A stretch of DNA of 64,000 bases from Terrimicrobiaceae bacterium (GCA_044340205.1 JBIIUB010000002.1:7125-71124); one strand, 5' to 3'. Numbered from the stretch's first letter, positions 12,126 to 24,900 are shown. Notes: generated by a model from the sequence alone, not told the origin. Made by a program: numbers and translations.

Positions 12126-14195
12126 ATGAGCCTGCCCACCACCCTAAGACTCCTCGCCCTCGCCACCCTGCTGGCCACCGTCCCGCTACACGCGCAGGAC
12201 TACACCGTCAGCGAACCCTCAAAAAACAAGATCGTCATCGACTACGCGCAGAATACGGCACCAGCCCCCACGCCTGCTCCAGTCGTTCAACCGATCACGG
12301 ACGCCCCGCTTCCAGCAGTGCCAGCATCCACGCCCGAGGCTCAACCAAAGCCTCAACCTTCTCCCACCCCTGAACCAACACCCGAGCTGAAGCCAATAAA
12401 AGCGGCTATCCAAGAATCCCAATCGAACGCCGCGCCACTTCCCGTTGTCGAATCCCCGCTTCCCTCGACTCCGAGCACCCCCACCGGCAATGTCACCATC
12501 AACCTCATCCAAAAACTCGTGAAACGCGGCATCCTCACCCAAGAGGAAGCTAACGAAATGATCCGCCAGTCGGAAGCCGAGGCCGAGGCCGTCCGCGCCC
12601 AGAGCCAGACCGACATGGTCGCCATCGCCCAGGCCGCCGCCGTTCAGGTCGTCGCCACATCCGCCCCCGCAGGTTCCGACCTCCCACCCTCCTCGCCGGA
12701 TGACATCCGCGTGACCCACATTCCCCAACCTGTCAAAGACCAGATCAAAGAAGAGATCAAACTCGAACTCGCCACGAACCGCACCTCCCGCGAGATCGCC
12801 AATTCCCTGCGCCTCCCGAAATGGGTTGAGAATGGCAAAGCCGCCTTCGACCTCCGCGTGCGTTACGCTGGCACCTTCTTCCCAACCGGCAACGATGCCA
12901 GCGGCGCCTTCCCGAATTTCAATGCCATTAACACCGGCGCTCCCTTCGATACCACCGGCACCCAGTTCGCACCCCAGCTGAATGTTGACCAAAACCGCAA
13001 CCAGTATCTCCTCCGAGCCCGCTTTGGCATGGACTTCGCCATGAGCGAAAACTTCTCCTCCGGCTTCCGCGTGGCCACCGGCAGCAACAACTCGCCCGTC
13101 TCTACCAACCAAGGTATGGGCGTTGCCAACTCCGCCACCCAAGGCCAAGGCGGCAACTTCAGCAAATACGCCATCTGGCTCGACCGCGCCTTCATGCGCT
13201 ACGACTTCAATGTCACCGAGGCCATCAAGACCACCGCATGGGCCGGCCGTTTCGAAAACCCCTTCTTCAGCACCCGCCTGACCTGGGATGACGACCTCGG
13301 CTTCGACGGTGCCGCCCTCACCACCAAGGCAAACATCACCGAGAACTTCGCCCTCTTCGGCACCGGCGGCGCGTTCGTCGTTTACAACACCGACTTCAAC
13401 TTCTCCTCAAACCAGCCCGCAAAATTCGCCAGCTACGACAAATACATGTTCGGCGGACAAGCCGGCTTCGAGTGGAAAATCGGCGACGACCTGAAATGGA
13501 AAACTGCCGCCGCCGTCTACTACTTCGACAACATCGAAGGAAAACTCTCCGATCCCTATACGCCACTCACCGCTAACGACGCCAGCAACACAGATAACAG
13601 CCGTCCCTCCTTCGCCCAAAAAGGAAACACCTACATGGCTATCCGCGACATTGTTCCCGATGCCAGCAACGACTATGGCGCCATCAACCAGTGGCAATAC
13701 TACGGCCTTGCCACCGAGTTCACCGAACTCGCCCTCACCTCACAGATCGACTACGACGGCTTCGAACCCGTCCGCGTTTCTGTCGTCGGCGAATATGTGC
13801 AGAACCTCGCATTCAACCAGGACGACATCAACGCTATCGCCGTCAACAACCGCAGCGCACTCGATGAGAACGAACTCACCGACATCGGTCTCTTCGAAGG
13901 CAGCCCCTACGGCTGGTTCGTCGACCTCCGCGTCGGCACCGTCGCCCTCGCGAAACGCTGGGACTGGCTCCTCTCCGTCGGCTACCGCTGGATCGGCTCC
14001 GACTCCGTGGTTGACGGCTTCAATGACTCCGACTTCGGCGGCGGCGGCACCAACATGCAAGGTTTCACCGCAGCCGGTTTCCTCTCCCTCTCCGAGAATG
14101 TCTACCTCGGCCTGCGCTGGATGGGCTCCGAAAGCATCGCCGGCCCGCAATACGACACCAATATCTTCTACCTTGAGGTTAACTCCAAATTCTAA
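12126..14195 (+). CDS. Putative outer-membrane beta-barrel (porin-like) protein with a Pro-rich linker and helical N-terminal module
   Basis: 689 aa. It has a signal peptide, a P/T/E-rich linker and the helical segment LIQKLVKRGILTQEEANEMIRQSEAEAEAVRAQ. About 480 aa of alternating-hydrophobic strands follow, ending in ...IFYLEVNSKF; a C-terminal Phe is typical of OMPs. Confidence 0.6.
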   Translation: MSLPTTLRLLALATLLATVPLHAQDYTVSEPSKNKIVIDYAQNTAPAPTPAPVVQPITDAPLPAVPASTPEAQPKPQPSPTPEPTPELKPIKAAIQESQSNAAPLPVVESPLPSTPSTPTGNVTINLIQKLVKRGILTQEEANEMIRQSEAEAEAVRAQSQTDMVAIAQAAAVQVVATSAPAGSDLPPSSPDDIRVTHIPQPVKDQIKEEIKLELATNRTSREIANSLRLPKWVENGKAAFDLRVRYAGTFFPTGNDASGAFPNFNAINTGAPFDTTGTQFAPQLNVDQNRNQYLLRARFGMDFAMSENFSSGFRVATGSNNSPVSTNQGMGVANSATQGQGGNFSKYAIWLDRAFMRYDFNVTEAIKTTAWAGRFENPFFSTRLTWDDDLGFDGAALTTKANITENFALFGTGGAFVVYNTDFNFSSNQPAKFASYDKYMFGGQAGFEWKIGDDLKWKTAAAVYYFDNIEGKLSDPYTPLTANDASNTDNSRPSFAQKGNTYMAIRDIVPDASNDYGAINQWQYYGLATEFTELALTSQIDYDGFEPVRVSVVGEYVQNLAFNQDDINAIAVNNRSALDENELTDIGLFEGSPYGWFVDLRVGTVALAKRWDWLLSVGYRWIGSDSVVDGFNDSDFGGGGTNMQGFTAAGFLSLSENVYLGLRWMGSESIAGPQYDTNIFYLEVNSKF

Positions 14196-14201
14196 CGCCA
14201 C

Positions 14202-14837
14202 ATGAAAATCAAAACCTACGCCCTCTTGGCCGCAGCCGCCGTCCTCCTCTCGCCGCTCCTCCGCGCCGCCGAGGAAGACCCCACCGCAAAGTTCCGCGAA
14301 GCCCTCAAAGACACCATGCTCAAGCTCCGCGCCGCCCAAACCGACCTCGCCAACGCCCAAGCCGCCCAGTATGCCGCCGAGGCCAAGGCGACCGAACTCA
14401 CCGCGAAAACCGAGTCCCTCAACAAGGAACTCGCCAACGAGCGCAACACCTCCACCAACATGATCGCCGATCTCAATAAAAAGATCGCCGACCGCGACGG
14501 CTCGATCGTCGAACTCAACGCCGCCCTCGCCAAATGGAAAAAATCCTACGGCGAAGTCGCCAAACTCGCCTCGAAACGCGAAGGCCAACGCGCCCAACTC
14601 GACACCAAACGCATCGAACTCGAACGCAAAGTCCAAGAGGAACAACAAAAAAACATCGAAATGTATCAAGCCGGCATGGAAATCCTCGACCGCTACGAAA
14701 AATTCGGCCTCGGCGACGCCATCCTCGCCCGCGAACCCTTCACCGCCGCCCAACGCGTCAAATTCCAAAACCTCGTCCAAGACCTCTCCGACAAACTCAC
14801 CGACGCCCGCATCCCCGCCGACGCCCCAAAGAAATAA
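14202..14837 (+). CDS. Secreted coiled-coil protein (hypothetical)
   Basis: 211 aa with a signal peptide (LLRAAEED). The rest is long heptad-like, K/E/A/L-rich sequence. Codon usage matches the neighbouring genes. Confidence 0.6.
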   Translation: MKIKTYALLAAAAVLLSPLLRAAEEDPTAKFREALKDTMLKLRAAQTDLANAQAAQYAAEAKATELTAKTESLNKELANERNTSTNMIADLNKKIADRDGSIVELNAALAKWKKSYGEVAKLASKREGQRAQLDTKRIELERKVQEEQQKNIEMYQAGMEILDRYEKFGLGDAILAREPFTAAQRVKFQNLVQDLSDKLTDARIPADAPKK

Positions 14838-14838
14838 T

Positions 14839-14881
14839 CCGATCCGTCCAATCCGTCTGATCCACCCGATCCGTCCAATCC
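14839..14881 (+). repeat. Two 16-bp direct repeats (CCGATCCGTCCAATCC) in the leader of the PPIase gene
   Basis: Copies lie at 14839-14854 and 14866-14881, with three GATCC sites within about 35 bp. A related sequence recurs upstream of tpsA (15890-15931). Confidence 0.7.
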
Positions 14882-14895
14882 AAAACTCACCCACC

Positions 14896-15771
14896 ATGCT
14901 CCGCCACACCACCCTCGCCCTCCTCGCCGCCGCCTCTCTTACCCTCCCCGCCCACGCCGCCGACTCCGTCATCGCCCGCGCCGGTGACCGCGACATCACC
15001 GTCGCGCAAATCCAGCCCTACCTCGCCAGCCTCAGCGAAGCCGACCGCGCCGCCCTCAAGCAAAACCCCGCCGCCCTCAGCCAAGCCGTCCGCACCCTCA
15101 TTCTCCAGCAAGTCCTCCTCAAAGAAGCCAGCAACGCCGACTGGGACGACAAAGCCGAAACCCAAGCCCTCCTCGCCCGCGTCCGCGACGCCGCCATCGC
15201 CGAGAGCTACCTCGAATCCGTCACCAAAGTCCCGGCCGACTTCCCCTCGGATGCCGAAGTCAAGGAAGTCTACGACGCCCGCAAAGCCGAACTGAACTTG
15301 CCCAAGCAATACCGCCTCGCCCAAATCTTCATCGCCAACGGCACCGACCCCGCAAAAGCCAAGTCCAAAGCCGACGCCCTCGCCAAACTGGTCAAATCCG
15401 GCGACTTCGCCGCCCTCGCCAAAACCAACAGCGACGAACCCCGCAGCGCCGCCAATGGAGGTGAGGTCGGTCTCCTCCCCGAGGAATCCATCCAGCCCGC
15501 CATCCGCAAAGCCCTCACCGGCCTCGCCAAAGGCGCCACCGCCGGTCCCATCGAACTCGGCGATGGACTCTACTTCGTCAAAATCCTCGACATCCAAGAA
15601 CCCCGCACCGCCACCCTCGACGAGGTAAAACCCCAAATCATCCGCGCCCTCCGCACCGAACGCCAGAACCTAAACCGCCAAGCCTACCTCCAACGCCTCC
15701 AAGCCCAGGCCCCCATCACCCTCGACGAAATCGCCTTACCAACCCTCCTCAAACCCGACGACAAAAAATAA
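14896..15771 (+). CDS. Periplasmic SurA/PpiC-type (parvulin) peptidyl-prolyl isomerase
   Basis: 291 aa with a signal peptide. A SurA_N-like helical region is followed by the rotamase core QYRLAQIFI...GDFAALAKTNSDEPRSAANGGEVGLL...GPIELGDGLYFVKI. Confidence 0.8.
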   Translation: MLRHTTLALLAAASLTLPAHAADSVIARAGDRDITVAQIQPYLASLSEADRAALKQNPAALSQAVRTLILQQVLLKEASNADWDDKAETQALLARVRDAAIAESYLESVTKVPADFPSDAEVKEVYDARKAELNLPKQYRLAQIFIANGTDPAKAKSKADALAKLVKSGDFAALAKTNSDEPRSAANGGEVGLLPEESIQPAIRKALTGLAKGATAGPIELGDGLYFVKILDIQEPRTATLDEVKPQIIRALRTERQNLNRQAYLQRLQAQAPITLDEIALPTLLKPDDKK

Positions 15772-15779
15772 CCCCGCAA

Positions 15780-15796
15780 GTTACAAAATCGTCACA
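15780..15796 (+). promoter_or_regulatory. GTNACA-N5-GTNACA motif, copy 3 (GTTACAaaatcGTCACA), about 135 bp upstream of the tpsA ATG
   Basis: Read directly. 12 of 16 positions match the E. coli Pho-box core GTCATAAAACTGTCAC when aligned without gaps. Confidence 0.4.
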
Positions 15797-15857
15797 CAAC
15801 CAACCCTAAACCCTCCACCCTACCCCGCCGATCCTAATCCCTCACGATCCATCCACC

Positions 15858-15888
15858 GTCAATCAGGTCACCAAGGTCAATCAGGTCA
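15858..15888 (+). repeat. Phased GTCA repeats (GTCAATCAGGTCA x2) upstream of tpsA
   Basis: cGTCAatcaGGTCAccaaGGTCAatcaGGTCAtt contains four GTCA cores at 9-bp spacing. Confidence 0.6.
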
Positions 15889-15931
15889 TTCCGATCCGTC
15901 AGATTCGCCCAATCCCTAAAACTCGCCACCC

Positions 15932-18900
15932 ATGTTGAAAACCGGCCACCGCACCAAATACCACCTCCGCGCCTTCGAGTTCCTCGCAGCGCGTAGGCGT
16001 TCGCGCGCCGTTCTCACATGCACCCTGCTCGCCTCCTTCCTGGCTACCATGCCCACCGGTGGACTCCAAGCTGGCGACATCCTCCGCGGAGGAGCCAGCG
16101 CCGGCAACGCCAAGCGAAACTCCGAAGCCCGTGCCAACGCCGGAGCCGCAGCCGCCAAAGTCCGCGCCCAAGACCGCCTCGCCCGCACCACTAAGGCCGT
16201 CAACGACATGCGCGCCCTCCAAGCCTCCGCCCGCGCCGCAGCCGGGGCTAATACCATCCCCAACGGCCTCACCGAAGGCGGTCTCAAAGTCCTCACCGGC
16301 GCAAACGCGAAATGGGAAGGTGCAAACGCACCCATAGCCTCCGGCAACACCGTCGGTATCACCCAAACCGCTTCCCAAGCCCTACTGCACTGGGAAACCT
16401 TCAATGTCGGCAGCCAAACCACCGTTAATTTCGACCAATCCGCCGGCGGAGCCGATTCCGGAAAATGGATCGCCTTCAACAAAGTCTTCGACCCCACCGC
16501 CAAACCCTCCGAGATCCGTGGAAAAATAACCTCCCAAGGCCAAGTCTACATCCTCAACCAAAACGGCATCATCTTCGGCGCCGGTTCCCAAGTCAACGCC
16601 CGCACCCTCGTCGCCTCAGCCCTCCCGATCAACGATAACCTCGTTAAGAATGGCCTCCTCAACAACAAAGACGCCCAGTTTCTCTTCAGCGCCCTCGAAG
16701 TTCCAGGCGGTTCCGACGGCACACCAACCTTTACACCCACGGATGTTCCCGAGGTTTTGGGCGATATTATCCTCGAGCGTGGAGCAAAAATCTCAAGTCC
16801 CGAACTCGCGGGAGGTAACGGTGGCCGCGTAATGCTCATCGGCGCCAATGTTCGCAACAAGGGCGAAATTTCTACTCCTGCGGGCCAAACAATCCTCGCC
16901 GCCGGATTGCAAGTGGGTGTGCGTGAGCACAACAACTCCGACCCGAGCCTACGCGGATTGGATGTATGGGTTGGCGCAGTTGACCTCGATGGCGTCAATC
17001 CTTACGCAGGACAAGTTCAAAATTCCGGAATCATTGAATCGCCAACCGGGTCCATTGTTGTTGCGGGAAAAAGGATTGACCAAAACGGTGTTTTGGAAAG
17101 CACGACTTCCGTAAACTTGAACGGTCGGATTGATCTCCTTGCCAACTACGGGGCTGTAGCCAACCCGAATTTCGATAATTCGGGAACCCTTGGCGATGGC
17201 GCCCCGATGTTTATCAACCAGTTCACTGGCAATATCGTAATGGGGCCTCAAAGTATCACACGCATCCTGCCGGACTATGCCTCAACCAAGTCGGTTCCTG
17301 GGACGAGACTCCCCCAAAATTCGCAAATCAACTTTCAAGGAAATTCCATTTCATTTTCTGCCGGATCGACCCTGCTAGCTCCCTCGGGCGATGTGGGCAT
17401 ACGCTCGGGCACATGGAGCTACAAAGACGACGAAAGTTTGAATCGCACGATCTTCAATGCGGATGGCGAAATCGAGGAGACCCTCCAATCCGCGCTCCGA
17501 ACGCCATTTATTTTTACTCAAGGCACCGTGAACTTCTCATCTGGCGCGATTCTTGATGTCTCGGGCACTCCGGATGTATTTGTTCCTCTCTCACACCGTG
17601 TCATGGATGTCCAGTTGCGTGGAAACGAACTGGCGGATTCCCCATTACAAAGGGACAGCGATCTGCGTGGAAAAAACCTCCGAATCGATCTCCGCAAAAC
17701 CGGAGTTTATGGAGGGAGGTTTTGGATGGGAACGCCCTTGGGCGACGCAAATGGCTTGGCGAATATCATTGAAAGAAACGCCGCCCAACTGACAACACGA
17801 GGCGGCACCGTATCAATACAAGCCGGTGAATCAGTCGCTGTGGCATCCGGTGCGGAACTGAATGTATCCGGTGGCTACACGAGAAACGAAGGCGGATTGA
17901 TTCAAACGACGCGGCTTCTACGAAATGGCAGTTTGATCAACATCGCGGATGCGACGCCGGATATTATTTACGATGGAATCCTCACCGGTAGCTCTCAAAA
18001 AGTCTCGGCAAAATGGGGAAACCCCAAAACTTATCGTCATGCTTTGGCTCCAATGGGTGCTTATAGTGAAAAAGAATACATCGCTGGCGAATCGGGCGGT
18101 TCCATCGATATCACCGCACCAACCGTTCGCATCTCGGGCGAATTGAGTGGCAGAACAGTTACGGGACTGAAACAACTCAACACACCTGCGGGACACTCCT
18201 CTTTGGCTCTTCGTTTCCGCAATCAGAAACCGGTCGAGACTCCGACAGGCACAGTTTATTTGGATCAAATCTCTGCTCCACCTGCGCTGGTTCTTGGCAC
18301 TGGTTCAGGAGTCGGCATCCCCGGTTTGAAGATGGGGCAAACACTCACGATTCCGTCATCAATTCTTGAGGAAGAAGAAGGTTTTGGCCATGTCACCCTT
18401 GAAAACAAAGGAGGCACAATACAGGTCGCGGGGGAGCCGGTCCAGATGGCTGCTGGCGGCTCTCTGACGCTCCAGGCCACTAATGTTTCGATTCTTTCAT
18501 CCGTCTTGATTCCCGGAGGTTCGCTATCTGCTACGGCCTATAACTACTCGCCATTCCTCTATGCCGAGCAAACTGCCACCGAAGTATTGGTGGGACAACC
18601 AGCACCAAAGGTCGTTGAGCGCACTGGTATCATTCTTATTGGGTCGGGCGTGGAATTGAATGTTGCAGGAACCATTTCGGATGATCGACCCACCTCCGCC
18701 TTGGCTCACAACTCGCGACGGGCCATCGACGGCGGCAGCGTGAAGCTGGAAGGATTTTCGATCTTTGCCGGTTCAGAAACTGCCGTCCGCGCATCGGGCG
18801 GGGTAGCGATGAATGGCCGGGGTAAATACACTAAGGGAAAAGGCGGCTCGATTTCCCTGTTGGCTGGCAAGGATCCTCTTTTGAGCACATCGGTCGGGGG

Positions 18901-21900
18901 GACTTTGGGGCTGCCATCCATCCTCGAGGCTTATTCCTCGAGCACCGGCGGCTCCCTCACTCTTCAAGCGATGCGTGCGAGACTTGGAGCGACAACGGAT
19001 CGTGGCGGCACCACACTCGATTTAAGCCCTGGCTTTTTCCAAAAAGGTGGCTTTTCCAATTTCTCCATCCGCGCGATTGGGCAACCGGGATCGGATGAGC
19101 CTGCTCTCTATGTTCTGCCTGGAACCACCATCGAACCCATCACCGAATCTGTAGTCGTCCGCCCGCATGTGCTAAACAGCGGCTTGGGTCTTGTAAAAAT
19201 GCAGCTTCCCGAGGGTATTCGCTCTGCGGCGGGACTTTCACTGACTGCACTTGGTGTGGATGATCCCTTCACGGATGAAGAGGTGGAAGCGATTGGTTCG
19301 ATTGTCCTTGGTGCAGGTGCCAAAATCAAAACCGACATTGGCGGTGCTGTCTCACTGAAGGGGCAGACTGTTTCTGTTTTCGGTTCCATCGAAACTCCCG
19401 CTGGGAGCATCTCCATCGAGGGCGGAAGCAGATTTCCTCTCGCCGCCCAGCAGGCGGCCTCCTCAACCTCGGCACTCACCACTGTCTATATCGCCCCAAC
19501 AGCCCGTTTGCTTGCCCGTGGAGCGACGCGGGAAATACCCGATTCCTTCGGGAGAAAAATGGGAGAAGTTCTCGGAGGTGGCTCGATCCGTTTGGCTGGC
19601 AACATCGTAGCGGAATCCGGAGCTGTCCTCGATGTGTCAGGCATTTCAAATGAATTGGACATTCACCCCTCCTCTCTGAATACCGCGCACAGACCCTCGC
19701 CCCGTCATGGTTTGGTTACAAAGCCTTGGGGCCAACAATCCGTGCGCGTTGGAGTGGACAGCAACGGCGGCACGATCAGGCTTCTCGGCTCCCAGCTCCT
19801 GCTTTCGGATGCGACACTGCTTGGAAAATCCGGAGGGTCGACGGCAGTTGGCGGTTTGTTGGTGGTCTCCTCGGATGCGTTCAACCTGCAATCTGGGGCG
19901 GATATCACCCTTTCGGTGCAACAATCCGGCAATTTGATCGGATCGGAAAATACGAATTTGGGTGTTGGATCCAGCGTATTGGATTCGGAGGGCTCCAAAA
20001 TTACCGGGGGTGGTTTTTTTGCCATCGACCGATTCAAGTCGGGAGGCTTTGCAGCTTTGGATTTGGGTTACGAATATTTCGCCTCGGCCACGATTCCTCA
20101 CGGAGGAAATGTCAAATTCATCGGCCCTTTGAACATCCAAGCGGATGGCTATGTTCGCGTTGCGTCAGGAGGGATTGTTCAGACCGACGATCAGGTTTCC
20201 ATTTCTGCTCCCTATATTGCGATTGGTCAGGAGTTCCGCCCCCCACTCCATCCTTCCGAAACTTTCAGCCCCTTCAACGATGCGAATGGCAAACTGTCTG
20301 TAACGCCAACCACCGGGCCAGGAAGCCTGTCGCTTAGAGCCAGTCATGTGGATGTCGGAACATTGGTTACGATGGATACAGGATCACTCCATATCACAGC
20401 GAACAATGGTGATATCCGGGGCAGCGGCACTTTGAGCGTAGCAGGAAGCATCACGCTGGAGTCAGCCCAAGTTTATCCCACCACTCTCGGGAAGTTCGAC
20501 ATCTTTGCATATGACACGGAGGGCTCCCCAGGCAGCGTGACAATCACCCAATCAGGGCTCGCCGGAGTTCCTCTTTCCGCCGGGGGCAACTTGCGCATTT
20601 TTGCATCGAATATTTCTCAAGGAGGAACCCTGCGCGCACCCTTCGGCTCGATTACTCTCGGATGGGATGGCTCCGACTTGAACACAGCGACAGAGGATAT
20701 CGAAGGCCCGGTTAACCAAGTCGCAGGATTAGAAACAGCTACCCCGGTCTCCTCTGAAATCAACCTTCTTGCTGGTAGCACCACATCAGTCTCGGCCATC
20801 GATCCCGCAACCGGCCAAGGAGTTGTAATCCCATTTGGAATCAGCCCTGACGGAAATATCTGGGTCGATCCTCGGGGCGTCAATGTCACCTCGTCTGGCA
20901 TGCCTGAAAAGACAATCGCCATCTCCGGACAGGGCATCAATCAAGAGGCAGGCTCCATTATCGACCTTCGCGGCGGAGGGGATTTGATGGCCTACCGCTG
21001 GGTCTCCGGAACCGGTGGCAGCGTGGATATTCTTGGCAGCCCAGTCGCATGGAACTCCGGAACGGACTACTCGGCAGGCGATCTGGTTTCTCACAATGGT
21101 CGACAATATTCAGCGCGAATGGCACTCAGCCCCCGAGATTTCAACGGGAGCGTTCCGACTCCGGGTCGCACGGCCTATTGGGTTGAAGTGCCCGAATCTT
21201 TCGCCGTCATCCCTGGATTCAAGTCTCCACTTGCGCCCTACGCTCACTTCAACTCCAGCGACTACGCCAGTTCTCTGGGAGGAGACAACGGCTACACCTC
21301 AAGCCTGAAGATCGGCGACAAGATCACTCTTGATGGCGGTTACGGCCTCCCGGCAGGCTCTTACACTCTGCTACCGCGACGCTACGCTTTGCTACCGGGT
21401 GCGCGACTTGTCACGCCGACCTCATCAAAATCCGCAGGATTCGTAAATGCCGAGGGAGCCGCCCACGCCTCGGGGTATCGCTCGAATTTCTTTACCAAGC
21501 CGGATCAAGCCACACCGATTCGGAGCAGCTACGAAATTCTTTCTCCCGAGGTTTTGGCAAATCGGGCGGAATATGCCGTTTATTCTGCGAATGATTTTAT
21601 TCCAAAGGCAGCTACATCTGCGCGCTTGAATGTCAATCAAGCGCTACCAATGGATTCCGGCTCACTTTCCATCCACGGCGCCAGCAGCCTTTCCCTTCTC
21701 GGTCATGTGGAAACCGCCTCAGCCGGAGGCATCGGGGCCGCTATCGACATAAGTAGCTTTGAAATCACTATCGGAAATTATAACCCATTTGCGCCTTCGG
21801 AGGTGTTTTTATACGCCTCCGTTCTTAATTCTTGGAAAGCAGAAAGCTTACTAATTGGAGGTCAGCGTTCAAAAAACGCTTTGGGCACGATCCTAAATGT

Positions 21901-24900
21901 CAAAACTGATTCCCTGCTTCTCCATGGAGCAGTTTTGGAAGGAGGCGATATCATTCTCGCGGCCAAAAATGGATTACGCATTAGCGATGGCGCCTCAATC
22001 CAATCTAAAAATCCCTCGTCCGTTCAACGCGATCTGACCACCCAGGGTTCGAGTGCTTATGTTCGAGTGGACTCCAATAAGTTGTCGATGATAAATCGTA
22101 TTGGTGCGGTTGATGAGAACGCAGCGTCTCTCATAATCGGGGACAATGTTTCTCTCTCAGGAGCCTCGATCTCTATGGACTCCTCCCGCCGGGCATCCAT
22201 TTCCGAAGCAGTCGCCATCAACTCGAGCCGCATTTCAATAGGTTCGGGATCCCTTCTGCTGGATCTGGGAGGAACGGCATTGGGCGATGCGGACACCCTC
22301 CGACTGGGGACAAGTGTTCTTAACCAGTTGAGTCAAGCTGATTCTATATCCCTTAAAGCCTACTCTTCTTTTACCATTGCTGGCTCGGGAACGCTTGGCT
22401 CGGAAAATCTCGCCAACCTTTCGCTTGAGTCCAGTGGAATCCTCGGCAAAGGCGGCAATGTGGTCATCAAAGCAAAAAACCTTCTACTATCGAATCCGAA
22501 TTCTGTTGCCGCCCCTGCTGAAACATCAAGCGCGGGCCAAATTTCTTTCCAATCAAATCACCTCCGCCTTGGCAAGGGAGATTTTACAGTTGCGGGATAT
22601 AACCTCGCCCAATTCGAGGCTTCGAAGGGAACCATCATTGCCAACAGTGGCGCCCTGCTGGGCAGCGGAGAGTTGAATCTGCTGACACCAACCATCGCTT
22701 CGACAAGACTTTCCGATTACCTCATCGAGTCTGATGGCGCCCTCAATATCAATTCCTCCAAGGGAGCAGGTGATGTCGCCAGCGAACTAGGAGCCAAACT
22801 CTCACTCGTTGGAAGCTCCGTCATCATTGGCTCCAGAATCTCACTCCCTAGTGGCGAACTCAATATCCGCGCCAAGAGCGGAGATGTCACTATCAACTCA
22901 GCCTTGAGCGTGGCAGGGAGTTCGCGAACCTTCTACGATGTCGTGAAATTTGCCGACGCTGGCGGCATCCGCATCACTTCGGACCGTGGAAACATCCTGC
23001 TTGCCGAGGGATCGAGCCTCTCGGTTAAGGGAGACAATGCCGGGGGACGCGCGGGGACTCTGGAGATTGCCGCAAGCGCTGGATCCTTCATCAATCAGGG
23101 AACCCTGCTCGGCCAGGCGGCGACAGGATTCGAGGGAGGCTCGTTCATTCTCGATGTTGGAACGACTGGAGATTTTGCGGAAATCAACACCCCTCTCGAA
23201 GAAGGCGGGTTCAATAATCTCAGAAACCTTCGCATCCGATCCGGCGATGTTTTACTAGATCAGAAAGTCACCTCGAGAGAGTTCCGCCTCAGCACGGATG
23301 GTGGAGACATTACAGTTTCTGCAGAGATCGATGCCTCTGGCAAAACAGGCAGCACAATTTCACTGGAAGCTTCTGGCAGTATTACACTTGCAGAATCAGC
23401 CCTGCTTTCCGTGGAAGGCGAAAATTTCAACTCCGCAGGCAAAGGCGGGCTGGTTGAGCTTTTTACCGGCTCGCAAATTAATGGCGTCATCGATACCTCG
23501 GCGCGTCTTTCCATTCAATCCGACTCACAAATTCTTTTTGGGGTGAACGACTATGTGTCAGGGGGCTACCTTGATGCAGGCAGCAGCGCCTCGCTTGGCA
23601 AATTCCAAGGCAGGCTCCATCTCCGCGCTCCGAGGAGTGATGGCAACACCGATCTCTTGATCGATCCTCTGGCTGGCACGATCGAGGGGGCCTCTGCGAT
23701 TATTGTCGAGGGTTACCGTCTTTTCGATCGCACAACACAGGATGGGGTTATGAATATAGCCTTGCGCGATGCCATCCACACCGACGCTCAGGCTTTTATG
23801 ACCAACGAGAGCGCCATCCAATCACGCCTACTTGGTGGCAGCACTGATAACCTCTCCGCCCATACCGTGGTTGCACCAGGTTTTGAAATCATTAACACAG
23901 CAGGTGACCTCACGCTCGGTCTCGCTAACCGTGAAGGCACAGACAACATCGAAGGCAAAAGTGCCGCCGATTGGGATCTCTCCGCGATGCGTTATGGCAG
24001 CAAAAACGCTCCGGGCCTTCTCACCCTACGCGCCTCGGGAGACATCGTTTTTAATAACTCCCTCAGCGACGGTTTTGTTTCGGTCCAGCCTGGCGCGGAA
24101 GACCCCTCTATTTATACCAACAACTTGAGCTTCGAGGAAAATGGCCACTCGCGGCTCTGGTTGGCGCAACTCCAGACGATCAATTCGAACCTTCCGACAA
24201 ACTTCCAATCTTGGAGCTACACAATCACTGCTGGCTCGGATTTGGCCTCGGCAAATACCAAATCGATCCTCTCCCGTGACCTTCTTGAGGAAGGCAAAGG
24301 GTCTGTGCTTGTCGGAGAGTTTTATCCTGCCGTCGCCAACGCGAATAATCCTGATACAAACCCCGATGCTCCTCAAGTTGATGCGGGCGTCGGGCAATAT
24401 GGAACCACTGCAAACCATCTCCGCATCAACCTCACAGAGACCGACGAGGGAACCTACGACGAAGAGGGCAATGTCATCACCGAGGGAACAGGTCTGCTTA
24501 AAGACATGGGAACCCGTTACGAAATTGTTCGCACAGGAACGGGGGATATCGAGGTCAACGCCGGGCGGCATGTCCAACTCCGAAATCAGTTTGCCACCAT
24601 CTACACGGCAGGCGTTGCGATTCCAGATGCAACGAGAGTCATTGCAGACGGGGATTTTTCCACACCGATTGTGGCTTTCGATCCAACCTCCCATCCTGAA
24701 CAGGGATCTATGGGACGTCCCTCTCAGGCGTTTACACCTCAATGGGCCATGGCAGGCGGTGACCTCCGGATTTTCGCGGGTAACGACATTGCCAGGGTTA
24801 CTCAGTTCACAGACTCCGAAGGCAAAATCTCGATTATTCCGGATTCGAGCCATCAGTTTACTTCAAACTGGCTTTATCGACGCGGCCATGTGGATACCAC

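Noticed and set aside
7955-15636. Series of long minus-strand ORFs (7955..9775, 10520..11902, 12219..13148, 13740..14999, 14887..15636)
   Set aside because: All are antisense to the TpsB/ExbB/ExbD/TonB/porin/PPIase genes. The compositions are G/E/V/A-rich with no signal peptides or motifs. They result from the extreme GC3 bias of this locus.
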